From: a virus
Taxonomy: Duplodnaviria; Caudoviricetes
IMG/VR virus record: IMGVR_UViG_2939201121_000002
Location: 1 to 64,000 of that record
Length of the DNA: 64,000 nt
Reading direction: 5' to 3' (one strand)
In this document: positions 10,347-20,458 of the stretch, in pieces
Position numbering within the stretch: position 1 is the first letter of the stretch
Layout: each line of letters begins with the position of its first letter
Translations under genes and position numbers: made by a program
The notes under the pieces: generated by a model
What the model was told of the DNA's origin: nothing
Databases searched by the model: none
The model's input: only the letters and a program-made list of their open reading frames with translations

Positions 10347-10606
10347 TGGAAGGGTTATTGGAATAGTTTTGGAAGAGTTTTAGAAAAACCCTTCCAGTCT
10401 TAAAACGTTGGTATAAAGCCTTTTATATTACTTTTATTTCTTATTTGGAAGAGTTGGAAGAGTAATAAAAGAAAAGTAAATAGATAAAAAGAAATAGAAA
10501 TAGTATTTAAAAAGTTTCCTGAAACCCTTCCAACTAATAAAAACTCTTCCAAACCATTGGGAGAGTAAGGAAGTAGCGATATTTTAACTACTCCTAAACC
10601 CTTCCA
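10347..10606. repeat. Probable replication origin iterons
   Basis: Nine copies of TGGAAGRGTT or its reverse complement (10347, 10359, 10370, 10387, 10446, 10455, 10523, 10542, 10597) in AT-rich noncoding DNA after the primase. Confidence 0.7.
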
Positions 10607-10625
10607 ACTATTACGGAGGATACAA

Positions 10626-10934
10626 ATGACAGAACAAGACATTCAAAACTTAATCAGAATCGCAGTGTCAAAAAATAATATGATTTTCAGGGCTAATGTT
10701 GGAAAAGTAAAAACAGCAGATGGAAGAATCTTTGATACAGGGTTGCCGCCAGGTTTTTGTGACCTATTCGGTTTTAGACCAGACGGAAGAATATTTTTTA
10801 TTGAAGTAAAAAAACCAGGTGGCAAAGTTAGAGAGGTGCAAAAACACTTTATAGAAGTTGTTAAACGTAACGGTGCTATTGCAGGCGTCGCATACAGTGT
10901 GGAAGATGCCCTGAAAATTATCGAGGAGGGCTAA
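10626..10934 (+). CDS. VRR-NUC nuclease
   Basis: E.DIQ...GFCDL...FIEVK...Q motif. Confidence 0.9.
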   Translation: MTEQDIQNLIRIAVSKNNMIFRANVGKVKTADGRIFDTGLPPGFCDLFGFRPDGRIFFIEVKKPGGKVREVQKHFIEVVKRNGAIAGVAYSVEDALKIIEEG

Positions 10935-10936
10935 TC

Positions 10937-11134
10937 ATGAATTGTATTTTTGGAAAGAAAGCACAGAAGTATACAGAAACAACAGTTGACTACTATGACG
11001 AGCTGAAAACAAAAAGCGCTTATCGAAAATATAAAAACAGTCGCAAAGATAAATCGCACTTAGATAAATATCCGCAGTTCGTTAAACCAAGCAGATTTTA
11101 CAATTATTTACTTAGCAAGGTGATGTGGAGATGA
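10937..11134 (+). CDS. Hypothetical phage protein
   Basis: RBS, translational coupling. Confidence 0.55.
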   Translation: MNCIFGKKAQKYTETTVDYYDELKTKSAYRKYKNSRKDKSHLDKYPQFVKPSRFYNYLLSKVMWR

Positions 11135-11292
11135 AAATTAGAAGCGTAGACAGACGAATTGTATTAACTGATGACCAAGTTAAAGCTATGGAAAAGAACG
11201 GATTAAAACGCAGCGACGTATACAACAGGATATTTGGGTTAAATTGGCCTGTTGATAAAGCAGTCAGTAAACCGGTAAGGGGGCGTAATTAA
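11131..11292 (+). CDS. Small phage protein (PVL ORF50-like N-terminus)
   Basis: ATGA overlap; NG...VYNRI...W..DKA pattern. Confidence 0.5.
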   Translation: MKIRSVDRRIVLTDDQVKAMEKNGLKRSDVYNRIFGLNWPVDKAVSKPVRGRN

Positions 11293-11777
11293 TGGAAATT
11301 AAAGAATTGAAAATCGGTGATGAGGTGCAAGTTGTATTTGGTTCACAACGTATGAGAGATGCAGATGATGAGAAATGGGTTTATGAGCCATATTTTGAGA
11401 ATGGAACAGTTGCCAGCGTGGGCGAATACGGTAAAAATGCGAAAGTCGAATTTAAAGACGGTAGCTTTACTATTATCGATGAAGACACAGAGTGGTACCT
11501 GATTCCAAGCAGCACGGAAGTTGCTACACACGAAGCATCGGAAATAAAGAAACCACATCATTATATGTTCGAAAATGGTACTGAGGCCATCAAAATTATC
11601 AATATGATTGTGAAAAGGTATAAACAATCGATTGTCGCAGCACAAATCTATAACGCAATAAAATACATCATTAGAGCGCCTTTTAAAAATGGGATTAAAG
11701 ATTTGAAAAAAGCAAAAGAAAGTATAAATTTTGCTATCAAATTTTGGGATAACAAAGAGATGGAGTATAAAGAATGA
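11292..11777 (+). CDS. DUF3310-domain protein
   Basis: PHHY...EAI...NAIKYIIRAPFKNGIKDLKKA. Confidence 0.75.
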   Translation: MEIKELKIGDEVQVVFGSQRMRDADDEKWVYEPYFENGTVASVGEYGKNAKVEFKDGSFTIIDEDTEWYLIPSSTEVATHEASEIKKPHHYMFENGTEAIKIINMIVKRYKQSIVAAQIYNAIKYIIRAPFKNGIKDLKKAKESINFAIKFWDNKEMEYKE

Positions 11778-12025
11778 CAGACAAGCCACAAGCAAAATCT
11801 TACTTAAAACAATACTTTGGTACAAAGCGTTATTTATATCAAGACGGGCGTAAAGTAGCGCATATGCACGTTGTTAATGGTGTGTATTTGTTGCATGGTC
11901 ATTTCAAAACTAAATTCACAAGATTGAAATTAGAGTTTGATAATAAGCAAGAATTTTATGACTATCTTAAAAAACATGAATTACATTTTGAAGAATCTAA
12001 ACAGTTAAGTTTTTTTGAGGTGTGA
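11774..12025 (+). CDS. Hypothetical phage protein
   Basis: Coupled ORF. Confidence 0.6.
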   Translation: MTDKPQAKSYLKQYFGTKRYLYQDGRKVAHMHVVNGVYLLHGHFKTKFTRLKLEFDNKQEFYDYLKKHELHFEESKQLSFFEV

Positions 12026-12028
12026 TAA

Positions 12029-12214
12029 ATGATTTTATCTAACAGTGTAAGACAACGCTATCGCACTGATACAGCAGGCAAATCAGCGACAGAAATTAAT
12101 CAGGAATTATGCAAACGTGGCGTAAAAGGTTTTGTTGTTAATGTGAATCACAATCGCGTAACGATGTTAGTAGAGAGACGTGATGTAAAACGGAATAAGG
12201 AGTGTATGAGATGA
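12029..12214 (+). CDS. Hypothetical phage protein
   Basis: RBS, ORF. Confidence 0.6.
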   Translation: MILSNSVRQRYRTDTAGKSATEINQELCKRGVKGFVVNVNHNRVTMLVERRDVKRNKECMR

Positions 12215-12468
12215 GTACCAATTTAGAACAAGCGTTTTTAGGTCGTGTTGAGTTAATCGAGAATAAACCGTTGTTTGATGGTGTTCAATATATCTTTAAG
12301 ACAGTTACAGGTAAAAAGCTAAGTGTGGTTAGACACAAATTTTCACACGGAAATGAGATTGGGCAAGGATTATATGAACTTGCAGATATAACGAACGGAA
12401 AAGTTGATGTCGTTCAAGGTTATTTGACACCAGAAAGAGTGATTGAAATTTTAAAGGAGGAACGATGA
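12211..12468 (+). CDS. Hypothetical phage protein
   Basis: Coupled ORF. Confidence 0.6.
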   Translation: MSTNLEQAFLGRVELIENKPLFDGVQYIFKTVTGKKLSVVRHKFSHGNEIGQGLYELADITNGKVDVVQGYLTPERVIEILKEER

Positions 12469-12863
12469 TGAAAATTAAAACTAAAAAGCAAATGACGTTA
12501 CCACAGTCGATTGAATGGGCGTGGGAGAACGGTATTAAGAATAAAGGTTTTGTTGGAAGTAAAGGTGGGAGAGTGGAATTTGACTCTAAAGGTTGGTTCA
12601 AAACTTTAATGATTGTAGAACCGGACGAAATTTTTACTATCGAAGTCGAGGAAGAAATCACGGAGAGAACTATAATCCCTAATTTATTAGAAGTGTATGA
12701 GTTTGAGGGAGAATTAGTTTTTTTACCTCAAAAAGAAAAGACTATAAAAGACCTGCTAGAAGAATCTGCCCTTGAAGAAAATGTTACTACTAAAACTTTC
12801 TACCTTATACACGATGATGGGACGCTAACGTTAGTTTGGAAAGACGGAAAATTGGTGGAATAA
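12465..12863 (+). CDS. Hypothetical phage protein
   Basis: AGGAGG RBS; common staphylococcal phage early gene pattern. Confidence 0.65.
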   Translation: MMKIKTKKQMTLPQSIEWAWENGIKNKGFVGSKGGRVEFDSKGWFKTLMIVEPDEIFTIEVEEEITERTIIPNLLEVYEFEGELVFLPQKEKTIKDLLEESALEENVTTKTFYLIHDDGTLTLVWKDGKLVE

Positions 12864-12865
12864 AC

Positions 12866-13249
12866 ATGAAAAAATTATTAGGCAGACTCTCAAAAATGGA
12901 ATATACAATCGAACAGGTTAAATCAGAACGAGATTCACTTATAAAAGACATAGCTAACCTGCGTATGCAGCGTGATGACTTGCGCAAAGAATGCGATGAG
13001 CTTATTGTAAGTAACCACAAAATTATTCAAGATAATGCTAAGTTACAACAACAGAAAGAACATTATAAGGAAATTTGGGGCTCTTTAAGGAAGGAATATT
13101 TTGAATCATACAAGCGTGATATTTCACTGCCTACGCATGAAAGAAATGTAGTAAAAGAACAACAAAAATTATCATTCTTGTATATGATGGATATTTTGGA
13201 AGATACTACACACCTACAAGAGTTTTTAGATGAAATGGAGGACGAGTGA
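12866..13249 (+). CDS. Hypothetical coiled-coil protein
   Basis: ORF. Confidence 0.55.
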   Translation: MKKLLGRLSKMEYTIEQVKSERDSLIKDIANLRMQRDDLRKECDELIVSNHKIIQDNAKLQQQKEHYKEIWGSLRKEYFESYKRDISLPTHERNVVKEQQKLSFLYMMDILEDTTHLQEFLDEMEDE

Positions 13250-13250
13250 G

Positions 13251-13622
13251 ATGGAAGAATTTGCCACTAATGATTTAAACATTCACATTCAACAATTAAA
13301 GGAAAAAAATATAATCAGTACAGAAGACATATCAGACGGTTATCATACTTTCGGACAATTGTATCACGATAGAGCAGTTCTATTTGCAGTAATCCTGAAC
13401 ACATATAAAGGAAAAGCTTGGAAATCGAAACAACATGATGACGGAACAATGTTTGACGGAATGTTTATTGTTGGCATCACAACACCACAAGGACATTACA
13501 CATATCACTATGATTTAGAGTATTGGGATATTTACAATGTTAAGGAAGTAGAAAAAGCGCCAAAATGGGACGGACATACTCATGAAGATATTAATAGATT
13601 ATTCGGACTAATTAACAATTAA
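13251..13622 (+). CDS. Phage protein with WDGH motif
   Basis: DGYHTF..LY..R...WKSK.H...WDGHT. Confidence 0.65.
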   Translation: MEEFATNDLNIHIQQLKEKNIISTEDISDGYHTFGQLYHDRAVLFAVILNTYKGKAWKSKQHDDGTMFDGMFIVGITTPQGHYTYHYDLEYWDIYNVKEVEKAPKWDGHTHEDINRLFGLINN

Positions 13623-13641
13623 AACAAGGAGGAAACAAACA

Positions 13642-14172
13642 ATGACTAATCAATTAACAGTAGAACAGTTAGAAGAATTACTAACGATACAAAACGAATT
13701 CGACGATAGAATACCGACATTAAACCTAGATGATAGCAAGATTGCATACGTGGTTGAGTTTTTCGAATGGTTTAACACGTTGGAGACGTTTAAAAATTGG
13801 AAAAAGAAACCAGGCAAACCTTTAGAAACACAACTTGATGAACTTGCTGACTTGTTAGCATTTGGGTTGAGCATTGCGAATCAACAAGTAAGCGATATTA
13901 ATCATATTTTAGATTATATCGAAGATGGGGATTATCACGAATATATTGAAAATATAGATGTAAACTTCAATGATAAAGATATTGTTTATGAATTTATGAA
14001 TGGTATAGATGCATTATATACTGGGTGGTTTAATGTCCAATTATTTTTACCGTTTGCAATTGCAATCCAATACTACACTATCGACGACCTTATCACAGCA
14101 TACAAAAAGAAAATGGAGCGTAACCATGCAAGACAAGACGGAACAGCAGACGCAGACAAAGGATACGTCTAA
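13642..14172 (+). CDS. dut: Dimeric (all-alpha) dUTPase
   Basis: QNEFD, EFFEW, KNWK, DELAD and KKMERNHARQDG motifs of staphylococcal dimeric Duts. Confidence 0.88.
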   Translation: MTNQLTVEQLEELLTIQNEFDDRIPTLNLDDSKIAYVVEFFEWFNTLETFKNWKKKPGKPLETQLDELADLLAFGLSIANQQVSDINHILDYIEDGDYHEYIENIDVNFNDKDIVYEFMNGIDALYTGWFNVQLFLPFAIAIQYYTIDDLITAYKKKMERNHARQDGTADADKGYV

Positions 14173-14235
14173 ACAGGTCGAATTCGACCACTTTAAAAAA
14201 GACATACTAACTAGAGTGAAAGAGGTGCTTGGGAA

Positions 14236-14463
14236 GTGACACAGTATTTAATTACTACATTCACAGACTCAACAGGTCAAAGCTTTACTGAAGTGACTAA
14301 AGCTAGGGAGAATCAGAAGTTTACAGTTGTGTTAGCAGAAAGTAAAGAGGAAGCGTTAAGGACGTATAGACGACAGATTTTATTTGACGCTCTTCGATTA
14401 GTGTCAAAGGGTTTCAAAGATTTTAGAAATGAATTTAAAAATTGGAAAGGTGACAAGCAATGA
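14236..14463 (+). CDS. DUF1381-like protein
   Basis: MTQYLITTFTDSTG...ARENQ..TVV.AESKEEAL. Confidence 0.75.
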   Translation: MTQYLITTFTDSTGQSFTEVTKARENQKFTVVLAESKEEALRTYRRQILFDALRLVSKGFKDFRNEFKNWKGDKQ

Positions 14464-14603
14464 AATACATCATCACAAGCGCAGTGATTCTCTATGTCGC
14501 TTATCAATACTATATCAAACGTACTGCTAATGACGACATAGACACATTTAACCTATACGATCATATCGATTTAAATAATATTCGTGCGGAGGTGTCGTAC
14601 TAA
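14460..14603 (+). CDS. rinB: RinB-like protein
   Basis: 47 aa with TANDD...RAEVS motif. Confidence 0.6.
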   Translation: MKYIITSAVILYVAYQYYIKRTANDDIDTFNLYDHIDLNNIRAEVSY

Positions 14604-14779
14604 TGTGGATTATCATATCGGTAATACTCGGATTAATAGTATTGATAGTATTGGCAGACAATAGTCTGTTACGTAAAGAGAACGAGACCCTAAAGTATAC
14701 CAATATCTATTTAAGCGTTAAGTTTAAAGACGATGTCGATGCTAAAGAGTTTGAACGCTTTATTAAAAAATATAAATAA
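14603..14779 (+). CDS. DUF1514-like small membrane protein
   Basis: MWIIISVILG... start; usual position before rinA. Confidence 0.6.
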   Translation: MWIIISVILGLIVLIVLADNSLLRKENETLKYTNIYLSVKFKDDVDAKEFERFIKKYK

Positions 14780-14790
14780 CGGAGGAGAAC

Positions 14791-15213
14791 ATGACTGATA
14801 TTAAACCTGGAACATTTCGCTATATAGAATCAGAAATATATAATCTTGAACATACAAAGCAAGACATTCAACGGTTGCGATTAGAAATACTTAATCCAAC
14901 TCAACCCGTCGATAATAATATCATCTATGGTCCGCTTCAGTCAGGAGAACCTGCAAGAACAACAGAAATTATGGCAACGCGGTTAATGACTAATAAGATG
15001 CTGCGTAACCAAGAAGAGATGGTACAAGCAATCGAACGCACGTATAGCAAACTATCAGATGAATACAAGAAAGTTATTTATCTGAAATACTGGGCATCTA
15101 AAAAGTATAAGATGGAACACATTGCTGATGAATGTCATATGCATAGAAATACAGCTGGTAAGATAAGAAAGAACTTTGTAAAGGCTGTCGCATTGGAAGT
15201 AGGAATGAAATAA
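14791..15213 (+). CDS. rinA: RinA-family late transcription activator
   Basis: IKPGTFRYIESEIY...ATRL.TNKMLRN; directly upstream of the packaging module. Confidence 0.9.
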   Translation: MTDIKPGTFRYIESEIYNLEHTKQDIQRLRLEILNPTQPVDNNIIYGPLQSGEPARTTEIMATRLMTNKMLRNQEEMVQAIERTYSKLSDEYKKVIYLKYWASKKYKMEHIADECHMHRNTAGKIRKNFVKAVALEVGMK

Positions 15214-15339
15214 CTGTGTGCGTAGCGTGTGCATAGAGCGTATTATTTAATGATATTATAGTAGTGTGGAAATCAAAGACATACTATATTATTCGAGGAC
15301 TGGGATATATTCCTGGTCCTTTTTGTTTGGAGGTAAACA

Positions 15340-15717
15340 ATGGAGCTGAACAAATACCAATCACTTAAGAAACCGTCAGACAAACAATCACACTTGCTTT
15401 TGTTGATGCATTCGGTTGGTGAGTTATCTAATGTATATCAATTAGATGATAACGATATAGATCGTTTAACGTTAGTACTAGGTGATGCGTTAGAACATAT
15501 CACATGTATAGCTACATTAAATAACATCTCGCTAGATACTGTTGCAGGATTGAATGTGAATAGCTATCAACCTGAGTTACACAAAGTGATTAACAAAGGT
15601 GATGCGGTTACTTTTAATAAACAGAAGTATATCGTACATGATGTGATTGGTAATCAAGTATTAATTGCTAACCAAACAAACGATTTAGTAGTAGATATTA
15701 AAGACATTGGAAGGTGA
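15340..15717 (+). CDS. MazG-like protein
   Basis: MELNKYQ...VGEL...LGDAL..I..IA pattern (degenerate). Confidence 0.55.
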   Translation: MELNKYQSLKKPSDKQSHLLLLMHSVGELSNVYQLDDNDIDRLTLVLGDALEHITCIATLNNISLDTVAGLNVNSYQPELHKVINKGDAVTFNKQKYIVHDVIGNQVLIANQTNDLVVDIKDIGR

Positions 15718-16079
15718 TTGTATTGGCAATCATGAGACGGTGTAATCACCCAACATGCAATACATTAATTAGTCACAACGAACGTTATTGTGATAAGCAC
15801 AAAACGTACACAAACGATAAATACAACGATGTACGACAGCGTAATGATCCAGAATATTTAAGGTTCTATAAATCAAAACAGTGGCAGAATATGCGTGAAT
15901 TAGTGATGATAGAAAATCATTACTTATGTAAATCGTGTGGGCGACAAGCGGACGTTGTAGACCATATTATACCGACAAAAGTAGATTGGTCGAAAAGATT
16001 AGACAAAAACAATTTACAACCATTGTGCAACGAATGCCACAACAAGAAAACGAAGAGAGAAGTCCCCCGCAGCAATTGA
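15714..16079 (+). CDS. Terminase-associated HNH endonuclease
   Basis: VVDHIIP...NLQPLCNECHNKKT. Confidence 0.9.
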   Translation: MIVLAIMRRCNHPTCNTLISHNERYCDKHKTYTNDKYNDVRQRNDPEYLRFYKSKQWQNMRELVMIENHYLCKSCGRQADVVDHIIPTKVDWSKRLDKNNLQPLCNECHNKKTKREVPRSN

Positions 16080-16107
16080 CGGGGGTGGGGTGAAAGGGAC
16101 AAGAGAA

Positions 16108-16116
16108 CGGCGCCCA
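16108..16116 (+). other. Candidate cos site CGGCGCCCA
   Basis: GC-rich 9-mer between HNH and terS, followed by TCTTCTCAAAGA; by analogy to cos regions of Sa3-type phages. Confidence 0.45.
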
Positions 16117-16173
16117 CTCTTCTTCTCAAAGATTTCCCAATATTATTTAATTTTTAGTAGGAGGTGCTAATTT

Positions 16174-16644
16174 ATGGCCGGTAGACCTAAAAAACTGCTC
16201 AATAATTCAACTAGAAATAACACCAAAGAAGAAATTTTAGAAAAAGAAAAGCAAGAAGCCGAATTAAGTAAGTTTTCAAAGATAAACGCTGAACCACCCG
16301 ACTTTTTAGACGATATTGCAAAAGAAGAATATCGACGTGTAATTCCTTACATGCAAGAATTGCCTATTTCTAATTTAGATCAAGCACAACTAGCACAGTA
16401 TTGTAGTTTCTATAGTGATTTTGTACAAGCGAGTGAGTTGATAACTAGAACAGGCGGTGTGGTTATTGAAACGGAAAAGGGTTCAAAGGTCAATCCTGCA
16501 TTCACTGCAAAAGAAAAAGCAGGAACTCGAATGCAACAAGCAGCAAACACATTAGGATTAACGATTGATAGTCGTTTGCGTATCGTTGTGCCTGAAGAAA
16601 AAGAAGATGATGACCCATTTAAAGAATTTGTGAGTGATGACTAA
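16174..16644 (+). CDS. terS: Terminase small subunit (P27 family)
   Basis: MAGRPKK...PPDFL...NPA...LGLT..SR. Confidence 0.9.
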   Translation: MAGRPKKLLNNSTRNNTKEEILEKEKQEAELSKFSKINAEPPDFLDDIAKEEYRRVIPYMQELPISNLDQAQLAQYCSFYSDFVQASELITRTGGVVIETEKGSKVNPAFTAKEKAGTRMQQAANTLGLTIDSRLRIVVPEEKEDDDPFKEFVSDD

Positions 16645-18347
16645 TGATTGACTACACGACTCTTTACGCACAAAAAGTTGTTAATGGCGATATATTAGCC
16701 AGTAAAAAGAATATAGCTGTTGCTAAACGCCATTTAAATGATTTGAAAAACCCGCCAGAGGGTTGTTATTGGGACGTTGAGAAAGCGAACAAAGCTATTA
16801 AGTTTATTGAGATGTTACCAGACCCTAAAACGAACGAACCTATGCCACTAATGCTATTTCAAAAATTTATTGTAGGTAGTATTTATGGTTGGCGTCGTAA
16901 TGGGAGATACAGACGATATACAAAGGGCTATATTAGTATGTCGAGGAAACAGGGAAAGTCACTTACTGTTAGCGGAATTTCATTAAACGAATTACTTTTT
17001 GGACAATATCCTAAGTATAACCGGCAAATTTACGTATCATCTTCTACTTATAAGCAAGCACAAACTATTTTTAAAATGGCTAGTCAACAAATCAAGTTAT
17101 TGCGTTCGCAAAGTGATTATATCCGTAAATCTACTGACGTTCGTAAAACTGATTTAGCACACATTGCGTCAGAAAGCGTATTTGAGCCACTATCAAACAA
17201 TCCTGATGCTGTGGACGGTAAAGACCCAACTGTCGCAATTTTAGACGAGCTGGCGAGTATGCCGGACGATGAGATGTATTCACGTTTTAAAACAGGTATG
17301 ACATTACAGAAGAACCCTCTCACTCTCTTAATTTCGACAGCGGGCGACAATTTGAATAGTCAGATGTACCAAGAATATAAGTACATTGCTAAAATTCTTT
17401 CAGGAGAAGTTAAAGCTGACAATTACTTTGTTTATTGCGCTGAAATGGACTCGGAGGAAGAAGTTAACGATGAATCACTGTGGGTTAAAGCGATGCCGTT
17501 ACTTGAATCTGATGAGCATAGGGATACAATTCTACGTAATATTAAATCAGATATTCAAGATGAGTTAGAAAAAGGCACATCATTCCACAAGATACTGATT
17601 AAAAACTTTAACTTATGGCAGGCAAATAAAGAAGATAGTTTGATTAATATTAGCGAATGGGAATCAGTCGAAATTAATAAAAATGACTATAACCTTTACG
17701 GGCGTGATGTTTATATTGGTGTCGATTTATCACGTTTAGATGACTTGACTTCTGTTGGTTTTATTTTCCCAAACGATAATGAATCGGTTTTAATCGATAG
17801 TTATTCGTTCATAGGTTTACGAACCACATTAGAACAAAAAGCAAAGCGAGATAAGATTAATTATGAATATATAGTTAATCAAGGAGAAGCGGAAACGACG
17901 ACATCAGAAAGTGGCATGATTGATTATAAACGTGTGATTGAATACATTTTGCAAGTTGTTGAGGAATATGACTTAAATGTTATTGCTGTTTGTTATGATC
18001 CATGGAATGCGCAGTCGTTTATCACAAGTTTGGAAACAATGATGATTGACTGGCCATTGATCGAAGTTGGGCAAAGCTTTAAAAGTCTATCGCAAACTAT
18101 CAAGCAATTTAGAATGTGGGTAGCAGATAAAAAGGTACGTCATTTTGGAAATCATCTTCTTACTGTTGCAGTTAATAACGCGGTATTGATGTACGATGGT
18201 GAAGATAATGTAAAAATCAATAAGAAATTGAACAGGCAAAAGATTGACCCTATTATTTCGGTCATTACTGCATTTAGTGAGGCGAGAATGCATGAGTTCG
18301 AGACGGATTGGTCATCTATTTATGAAAGTGATGAGTTTGGTTTTTAG
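16644..18347 (+). CDS. terL: Terminase large subunit
   Basis: RKQGKS Walker A, ILDE Walker B, GVDLS and KIDP nuclease motifs. Confidence 0.95.
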   Translation: MIDYTTLYAQKVVNGDILASKKNIAVAKRHLNDLKNPPEGCYWDVEKANKAIKFIEMLPDPKTNEPMPLMLFQKFIVGSIYGWRRNGRYRRYTKGYISMSRKQGKSLTVSGISLNELLFGQYPKYNRQIYVSSSTYKQAQTIFKMASQQIKLLRSQSDYIRKSTDVRKTDLAHIASESVFEPLSNNPDAVDGKDPTVAILDELASMPDDEMYSRFKTGMTLQKNPLTLLISTAGDNLNSQMYQEYKYIAKILSGEVKADNYFVYCAEMDSEEEVNDESLWVKAMPLLESDEHRDTILRNIKSDIQDELEKGTSFHKILIKNFNLWQANKEDSLINISEWESVEINKNDYNLYGRDVYIGVDLSRLDDLTSVGFIFPNDNESVLIDSYSFIGLRTTLEQKAKRDKINYEYIVNQGEAETTTSESGMIDYKRVIEYILQVVEEYDLNVIAVCYDPWNAQSFITSLETMMIDWPLIEVGQSFKSLSQTIKQFRMWVADKKVRHFGNHLLTVAVNNAVLMYDGEDNVKINKKLNRQKIDPIISVITAFSEARMHEFETDWSSIYESDEFGF

Positions 18348-18358
18348 GAGGTGGCATC

Positions 18359-18556
18359 ATGAATTTTGATAAAATATATACGTTTTTAAAGTTACTGGTT
18401 GCTAACATTGTTGGTATCCTTTTTTTATTGGGATTGATTACGGTTAATATTGCAGTTTATTTTGGTTATGGACTTGTAATTGGTTTAATTGTTACAGGTT
18501 CGTTCCTTATTTTAATCGCGCTGATTATTGACCGTGAATCTAAAGAAAGGAGGTAA
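18359..18556 (+). CDS. Small membrane protein between terL and portal
   Basis: Two TM helices, conserved position. Confidence 0.7.
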   Translation: MNFDKIYTFLKLLVANIVGILFLLGLITVNIAVYFGYGLVIGLIVTGSFLILIALIIDRESKERR

Positions 18557-18561
18557 ATTGA

Positions 18562-19833
18562 TTGGGTATTTTCTACAGAGAAAAACGTGAATTACAGTAT
18601 AACGAAGATGATTTGCAGATGATGGTACAAACTTTACCAGGCTTTCAAGGGCAACCGATACGGAGCTATACAGACGTTGAAGCTATACAACACAGTGATA
18701 TTTTTACCGCTGTCATGATGATTGCATCTGATTTAGCGCGTATGCCGATTCGCTTAACGAATAATGGCGAGATTGATTTTAATAACAAAATCACAAAACT
18801 TTTAAATATACGTCCTAATCCTTTTTATAACGGCTATATTTTTAAGTTAGTCGTGTTTGCTAACTCTCTACTTACATCGCATGGATATGTCGAAATATCG
18901 AGAGATAACAAAGGGAACCCAGTTAATCTTGCGTTTCGTAAGACATCTGAAATCGAGTTGAAATTGAGTCCATCTGGTCGTTATTTTTATGAATTTAAAA
19001 AAATAGATGATAACGGAAAATCGACATCACGCAAAATCAAATTCGAAGATATGCTTGATATTAAATTCTACTCGCTAGATGGTATTAACGGATTGTCGTT
19101 ACTTGATACATTGAGCAAGACTATTGATTCTGATAATAACGGTAAAGACTTTCTAAACAACTTTTTAAGAAACGGTACACATGCAGGCGGAATACTCAAG
19201 ATGAAAGGTGTGCTTAATGATAAAAAAGCACGCGAGAGAGCTAGAACAGAGTTTCACAAAGCATTTAGTGGTACAAAACAAGCAGGTAAGGTTGTTGTAT
19301 TAGATGAATCGATGACTTTTGATCAATTAGAAGTTGATACTGAAGTTTTGAAATTGATTCGTGAAAATAAATCATCCACACGTGAGATTGCAGGCGTGTT
19401 TGGCATACCGTTGCATAAATTTGGTATTGAAACAACGAATATGAGCATTACAGACGCAAATTTAGACTATCTATCCACACTTAAACCTTATACAACGTGT
19501 GTATGTGCCGAGTTGAACTTCAAGTTTAACGATGAATTTACTGACGTTATACGAGAGTTCAAGTTTGATACAACTGAAATACGTGTTGTTGATGAGAAAA
19601 CACAAGCTGAGATTGATAAGATTAATCTTGATAGTGGTAAAACGAATATCGATGAAGTGCGTATACGTGATGGATTACCACCCGTTCCAGGCGGTTATGG
19701 TAGTATCCACCGTGTTGATTTAAATCACGTCAACATTGAAATGGTTGATGATTATCAGATGAATAAATCACGTGGCACTGATAATAAATTGAAAGGTGGT
19801 GAGGAAAATGGAGAAGGAGACGAGAACAGGTAA
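18562..19833 (+). CDS. HK97-family portal protein
   Basis: RPN, GLS, IA.VFGIP motifs. Confidence 0.93.
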   Translation: MGIFYREKRELQYNEDDLQMMVQTLPGFQGQPIRSYTDVEAIQHSDIFTAVMMIASDLARMPIRLTNNGEIDFNNKITKLLNIRPNPFYNGYIFKLVVFANSLLTSHGYVEISRDNKGNPVNLAFRKTSEIELKLSPSGRYFYEFKKIDDNGKSTSRKIKFEDMLDIKFYSLDGINGLSLLDTLSKTIDSDNNGKDFLNNFLRNGTHAGGILKMKGVLNDKKARERARTEFHKAFSGTKQAGKVVVLDESMTFDQLEVDTEVLKLIRENKSSTREIAGVFGIPLHKFGIETTNMSITDANLDYLSTLKPYTTCVCAELNFKFNDEFTDVIREFKFDTTEIRVVDEKTQAEIDKINLDSGKTNIDEVRIRDGLPPVPGGYGSIHRVDLNHVNIEMVDDYQMNKSRGTDNKLKGGEENGEGDENR

Positions 19834-20380
19834 TATCGTTGAGGTTCGTTCTAATGATGATAATGACATGTTTATCGAGGGCTATGCTTTAAAATTCGAC
19901 ACATGGTCAGAAAATTTAGGTGGTTTTAAAGAAACTATCTCAAAACAAGCATTAGAAAACACTGATTTATCAGACGTACGTTGTTTAGTCGACCACTTAC
20001 CATCTCAAATTATCGGTAGGACGACGGCGGGTACACTCGATTTAACTATTGATGACACAGGTTTGAAATATCGTTGTAAGTTACCAAACACAACATTTGC
20101 GCGTGATCTATATGAAAACATGCGAGTGGGCAATATTAACCAATGTTCATTTGGTTTTATGCTTGATAGCGACGGCGATGAAATGCGTTTCGATGAAAAA
20201 GAAGGTATTTACAAACGTACATTAAAGGCAATCCGAGAACTTACAGATGTGTCTGTTGTAACTTATCCCGCTTATAAAGATACAGACGTAAAACCTGCAT
20301 TGAGAAGCATTGAGAACTTCGAACATGAAAAACGCAAAAACGAAATTAGACAAAGAATTGAAAAATTAAAAATTCGGTGA
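19808..20380 (+). CDS. HK97 prohead protease
   Basis: EGYA, DH, SFGF, DVSVVTYPAY. Confidence 0.93.
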   Translation: MEKETRTGNIVEVRSNDDNDMFIEGYALKFDTWSENLGGFKETISKQALENTDLSDVRCLVDHLPSQIIGRTTAGTLDLTIDDTGLKYRCKLPNTTFARDLYENMRVGNINQCSFGFMLDSDGDEMRFDEKEGIYKRTLKAIRELTDVSVVTYPAYKDTDVKPALRSIENFEHEKRKNEIRQRIEKLKIR

Positions 20381-20458
20381 AGTTGAACACCGTAAAAAAT
20401 ACAACCATAAGACGTTTTAGACGTCTATTTTTTATGCAAAATTTTAGGAGGAAAATAA

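Noticed and set aside
10400-10642. 80-aa minus-strand ORF
   Set aside because: Falls across the iteron region; most likely a chance ORF
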